This document shows positions 46,781 to 56,287 of a stretch of 64,000 bases of DNA, in pieces. Under the pieces are notes generated by a model, which saw only the letters and a program-made list of their open reading frames with translations, was not told where the DNA came from and did no database searches. Each line of letters begins with the position of its first letter. Position 1 is the first letter of the stretch. This DNA is from Patescibacteria group bacterium (GTDB lineage: Bacteria > Patescibacteriota > Patescibacteriia > JAHIZJ01). The DNA lies in the NCBI GenBank assembly GCA_028714495.1, contig JAQTMH010000003.1:8496-72495 (forward strand), read 5' to 3'. The translations under genes were made by a program, and so were the position numbers.

Positions 46781-47326
46781 TTACTCAAATATTTCATGTA
46801 TTAATTTTTCGTTGATATAAAGGTAGGGATAATATTCGCCTTCCTTCACCAAACCATGCTTGATGGGATTGAGACGGAGATATTCGACGTGGCGGTTAAA
46901 GTCTTTATCATTAAGAATGATGTGATCATGATAAGATTTTAGCCAACCAAATTTGCGAATATATATTTTGTGGGTGATCACAAATCTTCGTAGGCGAACA
47001 AGCGCTTGTTCGCCTACGGTTGTTGCTATCCTCGAGTTCACGCCGATTAAACGATTCACTTCGTGAGAAAATTGTTTTTTTATAGTAAACATTATTTTGG
47101 ATATGTTGTATTTACCACTTGGTTGTATGAGTATGTGAACGTGGTCAGGTATAACGACGAAGCCAAACAACCGGAAACGCATACTTTGTTCAGCAATACT
47201 TAACCGATTTATAAACAACCCGGTTAGTATTTCATTCCGAAAATACGGATAGTTATCTTTGGTTTTTGTGGTCACAAAATATATCGCATTTTCAATATAT
47301 ATTCGTTTCTGGCTGTTTTTGTACAT
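46781..47326 (-). mobile_element. REP-associated Y1 (HUH) transposase 2
   Basis: YFVTTKT, IPDHVHIL, SYHDHII, Y..LNPIKHG. Confidence 0.88.
46989..47018. repeat. Perfect 30-bp GTAG...CTAC REP-like palindrome inside the transposase gene
   Basis: CGTAGGCGAACAAGCGCTTGTTCGCCTACG. Confidence 0.8.
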
Positions 47327-47369
47327 AAAAACAAGGAGTCATATCTCCCTGTTGTCTTTTCTACGTTGC

Positions 47370-48404
47370 CTAATTTTCTTCCGCCGGCTTTTCCAATTCA
47401 ATGGTTTCAGCCTGACCGCCCTTGCCGGATATTTTCAAAACGTCTTTGTCGATTTTCTTGAATTCTTTAGCTGCCGTGTTATAAGTGTTCACGGTAGTGC
47501 CTATCTGATTCCCTAATCGGGTAAAATAGCCCTCATAGCTCATCAGATGCCTGGCTAATTGCTCGACATTTTTTCTAATTTCTTTGGCTGATTCCTCAAT
47601 GCGCAATGCCCTCAAACCCTGAAGCACAGTCTGGAGATAGGCGAAAAACGAAGTCGGTGATACGATAATCACGTGCTTGTCTTTAAAGGCGTATTCGATC
47701 AGATCGCGGGTGTTCAGCTTTACGGTGCCGACCTGATTGACCAGCAGATCGTAGTAGATGGCTTCGGCTGGAATGAACATAAAGGCGAAGTCCATGGTAT
47801 TTTCGCCCGGCCGGATGTATTTGGCTGTTTCATCGATCCGGTTTTTCAAATCCTGCTTAAAGACTTTTTCCAGCCTGGCGCGTTCAGCCGGATCGCGTTC
47901 AACAGAAATGCGGTTGTAATTCTCCAGGGAGAATTTGGAATCGATTGGAATTATCTTTTCGCCCACGAAAATTACCGCGTCAGCCATGTCTCCGTTTTTG
48001 AAGCCGTACTGCAACTTATAATTGCTCGGCGGCAAGACGTTTTTTAACACGGTTTCGAGAAAATACTCGCCCAAGACCCCGCGCTGTTTCGGATTTTGAA
48101 GGATGTCCTGGAGATTCTGCAATTGGTCGGCAAAACCCACGACCTGGCGGTTGGTTTCATCGAGCTTGGTCAGTTTTTCAGTCACGTCTTGGATTACCTT
48201 CATGCTGCCGATCAGCTGATTCTGCATATCTTGGCGCACGCCCTGGATATTTTGGTTCAGCAGAGCAAAGGGCTCGCTTTTCGAATCCTTTTCCAGCTGG
48301 CGCATTTGCTGAAAATGCCGGAACTGCCAGATTATCACCATTATTACAACTCCAAAACCGACTATTATTATTCCGGCAATTATTATTGTCCAGGTTTGAG
48401 ACAT
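47370..48404 (-). CDS. rmuC: DNA recombination protein RmuC
   Basis: N-terminal TM, RGVLGE, IDSKF, FMFIPAEAIY, VSPTS. Confidence 0.92.
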   Translation of the reverse strand: MSQTWTIIIAGIIIVGFGVVIMVIIWQFRHFQQMRQLEKDSKSEPFALLNQNIQGVRQDMQNQLIGSMKVIQDVTEKLTKLDETNRQVVGFADQLQNLQDILQNPKQRGVLGEYFLETVLKNVLPPSNYKLQYGFKNGDMADAVIFVGEKIIPIDSKFSLENYNRISVERDPAERARLEKVFKQDLKNRIDETAKYIRPGENTMDFAFMFIPAEAIYYDLLVNQVGTVKLNTRDLIEYAFKDKHVIIVSPTSFFAYLQTVLQGLRALRIEESAKEIRKNVEQLARHLMSYEGYFTRLGNQIGTTVNTYNTAAKEFKKIDKDVLKISGKGGQAETIELEKPAEEN

Positions 48405-48411
48405 ATGGTGA

Positions 48412-49203
48412 TTATCTATTATCTAATCGAAAGAGTCGTTTGGCGTTATTAGTCGTTGCTTCAACCACCTCTTCAAAAGCGAGGTTTTTTATCTGGGCAA
48501 TCTTTTCAGCCACGTATCGGACATAGAGCGGCTCATTGCGCTGTCCGCGATACGGCACTGGCGCCAGGTAAGGAGAGTCAGTTTCGATTAACACCTTGTC
48601 CAGCGGTATTTCCTTGATCACGCCGATTAAATCCTGATCTTTTGTAAAAGTGATAATTCCGGTGAAACCAAGGTAAAACCCGAGCTTGAGAAACTTCTGG
48701 GCTATTTCTCGATTGCCCAAAAAGCAATGAACCACTCCGGCTGGCAACTCGCCTTTTTCAATCTGATCAATCAAATCAGTGTAAGCGTCGCGGCAATGCA
48801 TGATAATCGGCAAGCCATGTTCTTTGGCCAGATTTATTTGCGACTGAAGAATCTCTTTCTGGTGATTTTTTATCGCATCGATCTCTTCCTGGGATTCAGC
48901 CTCCAAGTGATAATAATCCAGCCCGATTTCACCTATGGCCTTGATTGAAGATGGATGTTCTTTGATCAGATGCCTGAAATCCTCAAGTTCAAATTTCATC
49001 TTGGCCGAGTGAATCGGATGGAAACCCACTGCCGCGAAAAGCTGTCCCGGATGCTGCTCGGCCAACTCAACGGCTAATTGACTGGTATCAAGCTGCGAAC
49101 CGGGATTTATAACGCTTAAATCCTGATCCAGGCAGCGCTGGATGACCTCGTTCCGGTCTTTTTGAAACGCCTTATAATTCAAATGGGCGTGACTGTCAAT
49201 CAT
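48412..49203 (-). CDS. tatD: TatD family hydrolase
   Basis: IDSHAHL, GEIGLDY, HCR, ETDSPYL. Confidence 0.95.
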   Translation of the reverse strand: MIDSHAHLNYKAFQKDRNEVIQRCLDQDLSVINPGSQLDTSQLAVELAEQHPGQLFAAVGFHPIHSAKMKFELEDFRHLIKEHPSSIKAIGEIGLDYYHLEAESQEEIDAIKNHQKEILQSQINLAKEHGLPIIMHCRDAYTDLIDQIEKGELPAGVVHCFLGNREIAQKFLKLGFYLGFTGIITFTKDQDLIGVIKEIPLDKVLIETDSPYLAPVPYRGQRNEPLYVRYVAEKIAQIKNLAFEEVVEATTNNAKRLFRLDNR

Positions 49204-49205
49204 CT

Positions 49206-49718
49206 TCACAGGACTGACTCCAATGCGGAAAAGGCGTCTGGGAAAATACTCTCAACTATGCCGGCCGCGTTGATCATCAGCTGGGCCAACTGTGAATTGG
49301 CCACCTGTTCCGCTAGATCCGGAGATTGCACGAATCGATCGATCACCACCAGGATGATCCCGATGGCAAACAGCCCCTCGATAAAACCCAGCACGGCTCC
49401 GCCCAATTTATTTAAAATACTAAAAAACGGGATGAATTTTAATAGTTGAAAAGCTTTCGCGATAAACCAAAATACCAGGCCGACTAATTGGCTGGTTAAT
49501 AAAAAGATTAAAATAAACGCCACCACGTCGGCAATATCTCCCCGACCGAATACTATCGGCTCAATCATGTCGCCGAACGGCGCGTAGTATTGGGCAGCGA
49601 CAAAATAGCCGGCCAGGATGCCGATGATTGAACCAAAGGTTTGGAAAAGACCGGCAAAAAAGCCCGCTACAATAAACCCGCCTAAGACTCCCAGGAGGAC
49701 CAAATCGATTGTCGCCAT
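49206..49718 (-). CDS. CvpA family membrane protein
   Basis: 4 TM, NKLGGAVLG. Confidence 0.8.
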   Translation of the reverse strand: MATIDLVLLGVLGGFIVAGFFAGLFQTFGSIIGILAGYFVAAQYYAPFGDMIEPIVFGRGDIADVVAFILIFLLTSQLVGLVFWFIAKAFQLLKFIPFFSILNKLGGAVLGFIEGLFAIGIILVVIDRFVQSPDLAEQVANSQLAQLMINAAGIVESIFPDAFSALESVL

Positions 49719-49783
49719 ATATGTTTATTTAAAAGAATTATCTCGCCTTTATCTTAATCCTCAACTAACCAAGCAGTCAATCG

Positions 49784-51211
49784 CTACTTCCTCGGAAACA
49801 GCCCTTCTTCCTTTTTCACCTTTGGTCCGGTGAATTGTTCAACCAAACTATGACTGGCAATGGGCATAAACGGGTAAAATAGCCGAGCCATAGTCGTAAT
49901 CCAGCTGGCGACATTATTTAATACTTCGCTTCGACGCTCTGAATCAGCCTCGGTCAATTTCCATGGCGCCTCTTGATCCAGATATTTATTGGCCTCAGCC
50001 ACTAAACGCATGATGGATTTCAAAGCCTCGTCAAATTTATATCTCTCAATCTGATCGTTGATATCGTCAATTACTTTGTCTGATATCGGCTGTTTGGCAG
50101 ATTTAATTTCTATTTCGTTCTTCTCCAGAAGCTTGGCTGTGCGGCTGGCTAAATTACCCAGACCATTGGCTAAATCGGAATTATACTTCTCGGCAAAGAG
50201 TGATTCTTTGATATCTCCATCCTGGCCAAAAGGAAACTGCGAAAGAAGCAGGTAGCGCGTGGCGTCAGAGCCGTATTGTTCCACCAGATCATTTGGATTA
50301 ATAACATTGCCCAGGCTTTTGCTCATCTTTTGCCCATTGATGGAAAAAAAGCCGTGGATAAAAAGACCTTTGGGCGGTTTTTCGCCCACGGCCAGAAGCA
50401 GGGCCGGCCAATAAATGGCGTGAAATTTCAGAATATCTTTGGCCATGAGGTGGCAGTCGGCCGGCCACCAGCGTTCAAACTCATCTCGATTATCGCCATA
50501 GCCGATAGCCGAAATATAATTCTGGAGAGCTTCCACCCAGACATAAATATTGTGCGCCGGATCAAACGGCAGAGGTATCCCCCATTTCACCTTTTGCCGG
50601 GAAACTGAGAAATCTCCCAGCCCCTGTTTAAATAATCCCAGAACCTCTTTTTTCATTTCCGCCGGCTGGATGTTTATCTGATCGGTTTGGATCAGATCCT
50701 TGACTTGGTCTAAATATTTCGCCAGTTTAAAAAAGTAATTTTTTTCTTTTATCTTTTTCGGCTTCTTCCGATGGTCGGGGCAATAGCCGTCAACCAGCTC
50801 TTTTTCAGTCATAAACTTTTCGCAGCCGACGCAATAGAGGCCTTCGTAGGTATCCTCATAAAGCCTGCCGTTGTCCATCAATTTCTGCATGAATTTTCCA
50901 ACGGCTTCGATGTGCGCCGGGTCAGTCGTCCTGATAAATTCGTCATGGGTAATGTTCAGGTTTTTCCAAGCGATCCGATAGAGTTCCACGACCTCATCAA
51001 CAAATTCTTTGGGTTTTTGCCCGGCCAGCTTGGCGCTCTCCGCCACCTTGGCCCCGTGTTCATCAGTTCCGGTCAGGAAAAAGACGTCATCGCCTTTTTG
51101 CCGGTGAAATCTCGCCAAAACATCAGCCGCTACCGTGGTATAAGCATGGCCAATGTGCGGCTGGTCATTAACGTAGTATATTGGTGTTGTGATGTAAAAC
51201 TTTTTATTCAT
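49784..51211 (-). CDS. metG: Methionine-tRNA ligase
   Basis: ITTPIYYVN, HIGH, KMSKS; start placed at ATG 51211 (MNKKFY). Confidence 0.97.
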   Translation of the reverse strand: MNKKFYITTPIYYVNDQPHIGHAYTTVAADVLARFHRQKGDDVFFLTGTDEHGAKVAESAKLAGQKPKEFVDEVVELYRIAWKNLNITHDEFIRTTDPAHIEAVGKFMQKLMDNGRLYEDTYEGLYCVGCEKFMTEKELVDGYCPDHRKKPKKIKEKNYFFKLAKYLDQVKDLIQTDQINIQPAEMKKEVLGLFKQGLGDFSVSRQKVKWGIPLPFDPAHNIYVWVEALQNYISAIGYGDNRDEFERWWPADCHLMAKDILKFHAIYWPALLLAVGEKPPKGLFIHGFFSINGQKMSKSLGNVINPNDLVEQYGSDATRYLLLSQFPFGQDGDIKESLFAEKYNSDLANGLGNLASRTAKLLEKNEIEIKSAKQPISDKVIDDINDQIERYKFDEALKSIMRLVAEANKYLDQEAPWKLTEADSERRSEVLNNVASWITTMARLFYPFMPIASHSLVEQFTGPKVKKEEGLFPRK

Positions 51212-51221
51212 ATTTAAATCA

Positions 51222-51297
51222 TGGTAAATTGGTGTTGTAATGCTTGCCCCGCATTTGGCGCGAAGCGACATAGTGCGGGGTAGAACTTTTTGTTCAT
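51222..51297 (-). pseudogene. Dead duplicate of the metG 5' end, interrupted by a 38-bp hairpin
   Basis: ATG AAC AAA AAG TTC TAC [38 bp] ATT ACA ACA CCA ATT TAC encodes MNKKFY|ITTPIY, the same as the real start. Confidence 0.75.
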
Positions 51298-52004
51298 AAC
51301 TTTTCAGTAATATTGTTATCTTTACCCCTCCCCGAAACCACAACCACGAATTCCCCTCGCACTTTATCCGGATGTTCTTGAAAATATTTCCAGCAGGCCT
51401 CAATCGTTTCGCCAATACGCTCTTCATGTATTTTTGTCGCTTCACGGATTATTACCGTTTGGCGGTCAGGCTTTAAAATTTCTTTGAGCTGATCAAGGGT
51501 CTTCAATATTCGATGCGGCGATTCGTAAAATATTACGGTCATTTCGCTTTCAGAGATCCGCTTAATCAGAGACATTCGCCCCTTTTTGTGGGGTAAAAAG
51601 CCTAAAAACAAAAAATTGTCAGTCGGCAGCCCGGAAAGACTGGCCGCGGCAGCTAAAGCTGACGGCCCTGGTACTGCCACAATGGCTATTCCCGGGAGAC
51701 GCTCGACGACATAACGTATCAAAACATTGCCGGGATCAGATATGCCCGGGGTGCCGGCGTCGGATACTAATGCGAGAGAATCCCCGGCCCGCAGCCTTTC
51801 GACAATCGCGTCTAAGCGATCCAGCCGGCTATGGTGGTGATAGCTGATCAAAGGCCGATGGATCTCAAAATGGCTTAAAAGCTTTTGGGATACGCGGGTG
51901 TCCTCGCAGATAATCGCCGCCGCCTCTTTTAATACCCGTATCGCCCTAGGCGAAACATCCTCCAGATTACCGATTGGCGTAGCCACGACAAAAAGCTTGC
52001 CCAT
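51294..52004 (-). CDS. rsmI: 16S rRNA C1402 2'-O-methyltransferase
   Basis: VATPIGNLED, CEDTR, SDAGTPGISDPG, YESPHR. Confidence 0.96.
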   Translation of the reverse strand: MGKLFVVATPIGNLEDVSPRAIRVLKEAAAIICEDTRVSQKLLSHFEIHRPLISYHHHSRLDRLDAIVERLRAGDSLALVSDAGTPGISDPGNVLIRYVVERLPGIAIVAVPGPSALAAAASLSGLPTDNFLFLGFLPHKKGRMSLIKRISESEMTVIFYESPHRILKTLDQLKEILKPDRQTVIIREATKIHEERIGETIEACWKYFQEHPDKVRGEFVVVVSGRGKDNNITEKL

Positions 52005-52011
52005 ATCATTT

Positions 52012-53076
52012 TTAGCCCGAGTCAGTAGTTTCGAGCTGGTCATCACGATTGCGTTTCTGCCCGAAGAAGTCGCTGGAAAATACCTGGATCACCGCCGCGA
52101 TCGGAATCGCCAGCACCATTCCGATAATACCGCCCAATTTGGCTCCGATCAGCATGGCGATAATAACCACGATTGGATTTAAACCCACTGAACGCTGCAT
52201 GACTTTCGGTACAATCAGATTATTTTCAAGCTGCTGAATCACGATATAGAGAATCAATACCAGAAGCGCCTTTAACGGCGACTGGGCGAAACTCAGGAAA
52301 ATAGCCGGCACCGCGCCGACAATCGGTCCGATGATCGGAACAAATTCTGTCAGACCGGCTATCAAAGCCAGCACCAAAGCGTATTTAACTCCCAGGATCG
52401 TCAAACCGATATATGACATCACAAAAATAATCACGCACAGGAGCAGCTGGCCTCTCAGCCAAGCACCCAGTTTCACGGTAATCCGATTGCCCAAATGAGT
52501 GAGATACGGCTGGTATTGCGATGGCGCCAGGGCATGCACCGTTTTTTTCCAGCCATTGCGTTCCAGGGTCAGATAAAAGGCAATGACCATAATGCTTAGG
52601 AAAGAGGCAAAGCCGCCAAAAACCGCCACCAAGCTTGAGAAAATACCGCTAGCCGCCTTGGTCAGACTTTGATTGATCGCGCCGAGTGACTGCTGGACGC
52701 TCGAAACCAGCGCGGTATCGCCCGATGACGCCTTTAAGGCTTCGAAGCCCTTCACGATCTTATCGTAGTATGAAGGGAAAACCGAGATAATCTGACCGAT
52801 TTGTTCAGACAAAACCGGGATTATTAAAATGACTACCAGGCTGAAAATGCCCAAAAGTATGACGTAGAGAATGGCTGTGCCCAGCACGCGCGGAATCTTT
52901 TTATTTTCGAGCCAATCCACCCAGGGCGTCATGCCGGCGGTAATAATTAGGGAAATGAACAGAATGCCTAGGACATTTTTAATCAGGTACAAAACCCAAA
53001 TTGCCAGGATAATCAAAATTACCTTCAGAATCGAGGTTGTGGAAATCGTTATATTTTGAGTGTTTTTGTCCGCCAT
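52012..53076 (-). CDS. AI-2E family transporter
   Basis: WLRGQ, QQLENN.IVPKV, multi-TM. Confidence 0.9.
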   Translation of the reverse strand: MADKNTQNITISTTSILKVILIILAIWVLYLIKNVLGILFISLIITAGMTPWVDWLENKKIPRVLGTAILYVILLGIFSLVVILIIPVLSEQIGQIISVFPSYYDKIVKGFEALKASSGDTALVSSVQQSLGAINQSLTKAASGIFSSLVAVFGGFASFLSIMVIAFYLTLERNGWKKTVHALAPSQYQPYLTHLGNRITVKLGAWLRGQLLLCVIIFVMSYIGLTILGVKYALVLALIAGLTEFVPIIGPIVGAVPAIFLSFAQSPLKALLVLILYIVIQQLENNLIVPKVMQRSVGLNPIVVIIAMLIGAKLGGIIGMVLAIPIAAVIQVFSSDFFGQKRNRDDQLETTDSG

Positions 53077-53131
53077 ATTTTATATTTAACTATATCCAGT
53101 ATAACGAAAATCGGCCAATGGCGCAAAGTGT

Positions 53132-54409
53132 CTATAACCGCCCTCTGACGGCTCCTCGAATCTTGCTAATATCACCGATCGGGCCAATCAGGGCAATATT
53201 CAGCTTCGATTGCCGGAATATCTGTTTCGCAATTTTATTTATTTCGCTTCTGGTAACTTTCTTTATCCTGTTATAACGTTCCTCGGGTGTGATAATCTTG
53301 CCTTCAAGCGCCTCTTGCCGGCCATACCAGACAGCCAGATTGCTCGAATCCTCCAGCTCTAGAACAGTTTTTCCGCGAATGAATTCCTTAGCCTTTCGCA
53401 GCTCTGCCTGAGTAACCGGCTCTTTAACCACCTCTTCTAATTCTTTGAGGATCGCTTCGATCGCCTGAACCAATCGTGATTTATCCAAACCGGCCTGGAT
53501 TAAAAATGTTCCATTATCTTCATAAAAATTGGCGTCGGCTCTAATGTAATAAGCTAAACCCTGACGCTCCCGGATCGAAATAAACAGGCGTGAGCTCATG
53601 TTGCCGCCGAGAATTATCGTTAGCAGGCCGAGGGCGTAACGCCGAGGATCAGAACTCGCCAGAGTGGGAAATCCCAGACACAATTGAATCTGCTCGGTTT
53701 TCTTTTTAATTAAATTTATCCTAAGAGTCGGCTGTTTTGTCTTTTGGGACAGTAATTTCTTTTCAATGTTTCCCGGCTTGAGTTTGGAAAAATACCGGTT
53801 AACTTTTTTTGTAATCTCGGCTTTGACTGGCCCGGCCACCACGATGACAGCCCGCTTCGCCAGGTAATGACGGGCGTAATAATCGATTATCTGAGACCGG
53901 GATAGTTTTTTCACGCTGGCGCGGCTTCCGATAATCAGGCGGCCGAGCGGGTGGTCTTTGCCAAACACGGTTTGTTCGAAAACATCCTCGACGTACATTA
54001 GCGGATTGTCTTCGTACATGTTTATTTCCTCGGCAATCACGCCCTTTTCACGCTCGATCTCCCGAGGATCAAAAAGCGAATTTTGGAGCATGTCCGAAAG
54101 CATGTCCAGGGCGAGGTCCAGCCGCTCGTAATTTATTTTTATGTAATAGCCCGTGTGATCCTTGGTGGTAAAAGCGTTATATTCCGCGCCAACCTCGTCC
54201 AGGGCTTTTGATATGTCCAGCGTTGACGGACGACGCTTGGTGCCTTTGAACATCAGATGTTCGAGAAAATGCGAAACCCCGCCCCAGCCTCTATTTTCCT
54301 GGCGCGAGCCGACCTTAAATATTATCAAAACCGTCACGGCCTTGGTCTCCTTAACCGGTACGGTAATTACCCGCAGGCCGTTCGCCAGTACTTTTTTATA
54401 ATATCTCAT
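53132..54409 (-). CDS. M16 (pitrilysin) family peptidase
   Basis: HFLEHLMFKGT, NAFT, SSRLF..IRE..GLAY. Confidence 0.93.
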   Translation of the reverse strand: MRYYKKVLANGLRVITVPVKETKAVTVLIIFKVGSRQENRGWGGVSHFLEHLMFKGTKRRPSTLDISKALDEVGAEYNAFTTKDHTGYYIKINYERLDLALDMLSDMLQNSLFDPREIEREKGVIAEEINMYEDNPLMYVEDVFEQTVFGKDHPLGRLIIGSRASVKKLSRSQIIDYYARHYLAKRAVIVVAGPVKAEITKKVNRYFSKLKPGNIEKKLLSQKTKQPTLRINLIKKKTEQIQLCLGFPTLASSDPRRYALGLLTIILGGNMSSRLFISIRERQGLAYYIRADANFYEDNGTFLIQAGLDKSRLVQAIEAILKELEEVVKEPVTQAELRKAKEFIRGKTVLELEDSSNLAVWYGRQEALEGKIITPEERYNRIKKVTRSEINKIAKQIFRQSKLNIALIGPIGDISKIRGAVRGRL

Positions 54410-55736
54410 TAAGCTTGTGGTTTAAATACTTTGACAGCTCAGCCATGGGGACGCGCTCTTGCTCCATCGTGTCTCGGTCGCGAACCGTAACCTTTTTATC
54501 GTTGAGCGATTCAAAATCAACCGTGACGCAGTAAGGCGTGCCAATTTCATCCTGCCGGCGGTAGCGTCGGCCGATTGAAGCCACATCGTCATAGGCTGAG
54601 ATAAAATTCTTTCTGATCGCCTCGTATAGATCGTTCGCCACCTTGGCCAGGTCGGTTTTCTTTGACAGCGGCAGAACCGCGACTTTTATCGGCGCTAAAC
54701 TTTTATGCAGATGAAGCACTACTTCCTTTTCTTTATTGCTCTCCGTTGTCGTGGTTCGGCCGCCCTTAACTTCATCATAGGCATCCAACAGAAACGCCAG
54801 GGCTGACCGCTCCACCCCGAATGACGGTTCGATCACATAAGGCACAAATTCACCGCTCTCATCCTTATACTTAAGTCCGTGCGCCTTCAGATCAAAATCG
54901 GTCCGGTTCGCCACGCCCATAAGCTCGGCCCAGCCTTTATCCCCGGCTCCGGTCGAAAACGGCCAATTATATTCAACGTCAACCGTGGCCTTGGCATAAT
55001 GGGCTAGCTCATCTTTGGCCTGTTCGTGCTCGCGCAAATTCTCTTTTTTAATTCCCAAATCCAAAAACCATTTTATCGTTTCCTTCACCCAATAACTGAA
55101 CCACCGGTCGTCTTCTTTCGGATTGACGAAATATTCCAGCTCCATCTGCTCGAATTCCCGAGTCCGGAAAACAAAATTGCCCGGGGTGATTTCATTGCGG
55201 AAGGCTTTGCCGATCTGGGCAATGCCGAATGGAACCTTTAAACGCGAAGTTTGGGCAATTGTTTCAAAATTCACATAAATATTTTGAGCGGTTTCCGGCC
55301 GCAAATACGCGACTGAAGTTGAGGCTTCGACCGGTCCGACAAACGTCTTAAACATGAGATTAAAATCCCTGGCTGGCTCAAAAACGCTTTTACCGCAATC
55401 CGGGCACTGGTTACTTTCTTTGATGTCTTCCTGCTTAAAACGATGGTGGCAATATTTGCATTCAACCAGCTTGTCTGCGAAACCGCCGATGTGCCCACTC
55501 TTTTTCCAAACCTCGGGATTCGTGACGATCGCGCTGTCCAAGCCAACGACATCGCGCCGCTCCTGGACAAACCGTTTCCACCACTCGCGCTTAATATTGT
55601 TTTTCAATTCAACTCCCAGCGGACCCCAGTCCCAGAAACCGCCCAGGCCGCCGTATTTTTCCGCTGTCGGAAATATAAAACCTCGGCGCTTAGCTAGCGA
55701 GACAATCTTTTCCATTAAATCGTTTTCTCTTGACAT
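54396..55736 (-). CDS. glyQS: Glycine-tRNA ligase (homodimeric type)
   Basis: YLRPETAQ, FRNEITP, REFEQME, IGRRYRRQDEIGTP. Confidence 0.97.
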   Translation of the reverse strand: MSRENDLMEKIVSLAKRRGFIFPTAEKYGGLGGFWDWGPLGVELKNNIKREWWKRFVQERRDVVGLDSAIVTNPEVWKKSGHIGGFADKLVECKYCHHRFKQEDIKESNQCPDCGKSVFEPARDFNLMFKTFVGPVEASTSVAYLRPETAQNIYVNFETIAQTSRLKVPFGIAQIGKAFRNEITPGNFVFRTREFEQMELEYFVNPKEDDRWFSYWVKETIKWFLDLGIKKENLREHEQAKDELAHYAKATVDVEYNWPFSTGAGDKGWAELMGVANRTDFDLKAHGLKYKDESGEFVPYVIEPSFGVERSALAFLLDAYDEVKGGRTTTTESNKEKEVVLHLHKSLAPIKVAVLPLSKKTDLAKVANDLYEAIRKNFISAYDDVASIGRRYRRQDEIGTPYCVTVDFESLNDKKVTVRDRDTMEQERVPMAELSKYLNHKLNEIL

Positions 55737-56058
55737 TTAAAGCGTTATTGTTAATATATCAACATCGCACATCCTGGCTGTCTTCACAATCTTCCCGGGC
55801 GCATCAGCCGGAACTACCCAGACCTCTTATCGGGGCTTCGATCCACCTCTGGCCAGGTGGCCCTCCTACCTCGATAATGTCTGGGTGTTTTTTTTATTAC
55901 CTAAATATTATAACTAAATTTGGCAAAAAAAGCAAAAAACCAGCGTGCGCAATCTAAGTAGCGAGGGTCTTTAGACCCGATAGCCATTTCAATAATTCTA
56001 TTTAGCTGGAACTGCAAAAAAATACCCTTAAAGTAATCATACTCTAAGGGTTTGATCT

Positions 56059-56286
56059 CTACTTGAGGTCAATGAGCGCGGCAGTACCGCCGAAGCCGCA
56101 AGCTCTGCACAACACCCTGACTTGGTCATTACCCAGCTTTCTCCAGCGAGCTGGACTGAAACAACTCGGACAGGTTATTGAACCGGACTGTTTCTGTCCG
56201 CTAGCCAGATGGCGTTCGATGCCGAGTGCCTGTTGTTTCAGTAAACCTCTCAGGGGTTCGGCTAACTGAAGCTATTTACTGGCCAT
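56059..56286 (-). pseudogene. Zinc-ribbon mini-gene with an in-frame TAG at codon 5
   Basis: GGAGG SD; MASK*LQLAEPLRGLLKQQ...CPSC...CRACG...DLK*. Confidence 0.6.
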
Positions 56287-56287
56287 G

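Noticed and set aside
51212-51445. N-terminal extension of MetG in the ORF track
   Set aside because: It overlaps rsmI and reads through the scar; the family start is MNKKFY at 51211
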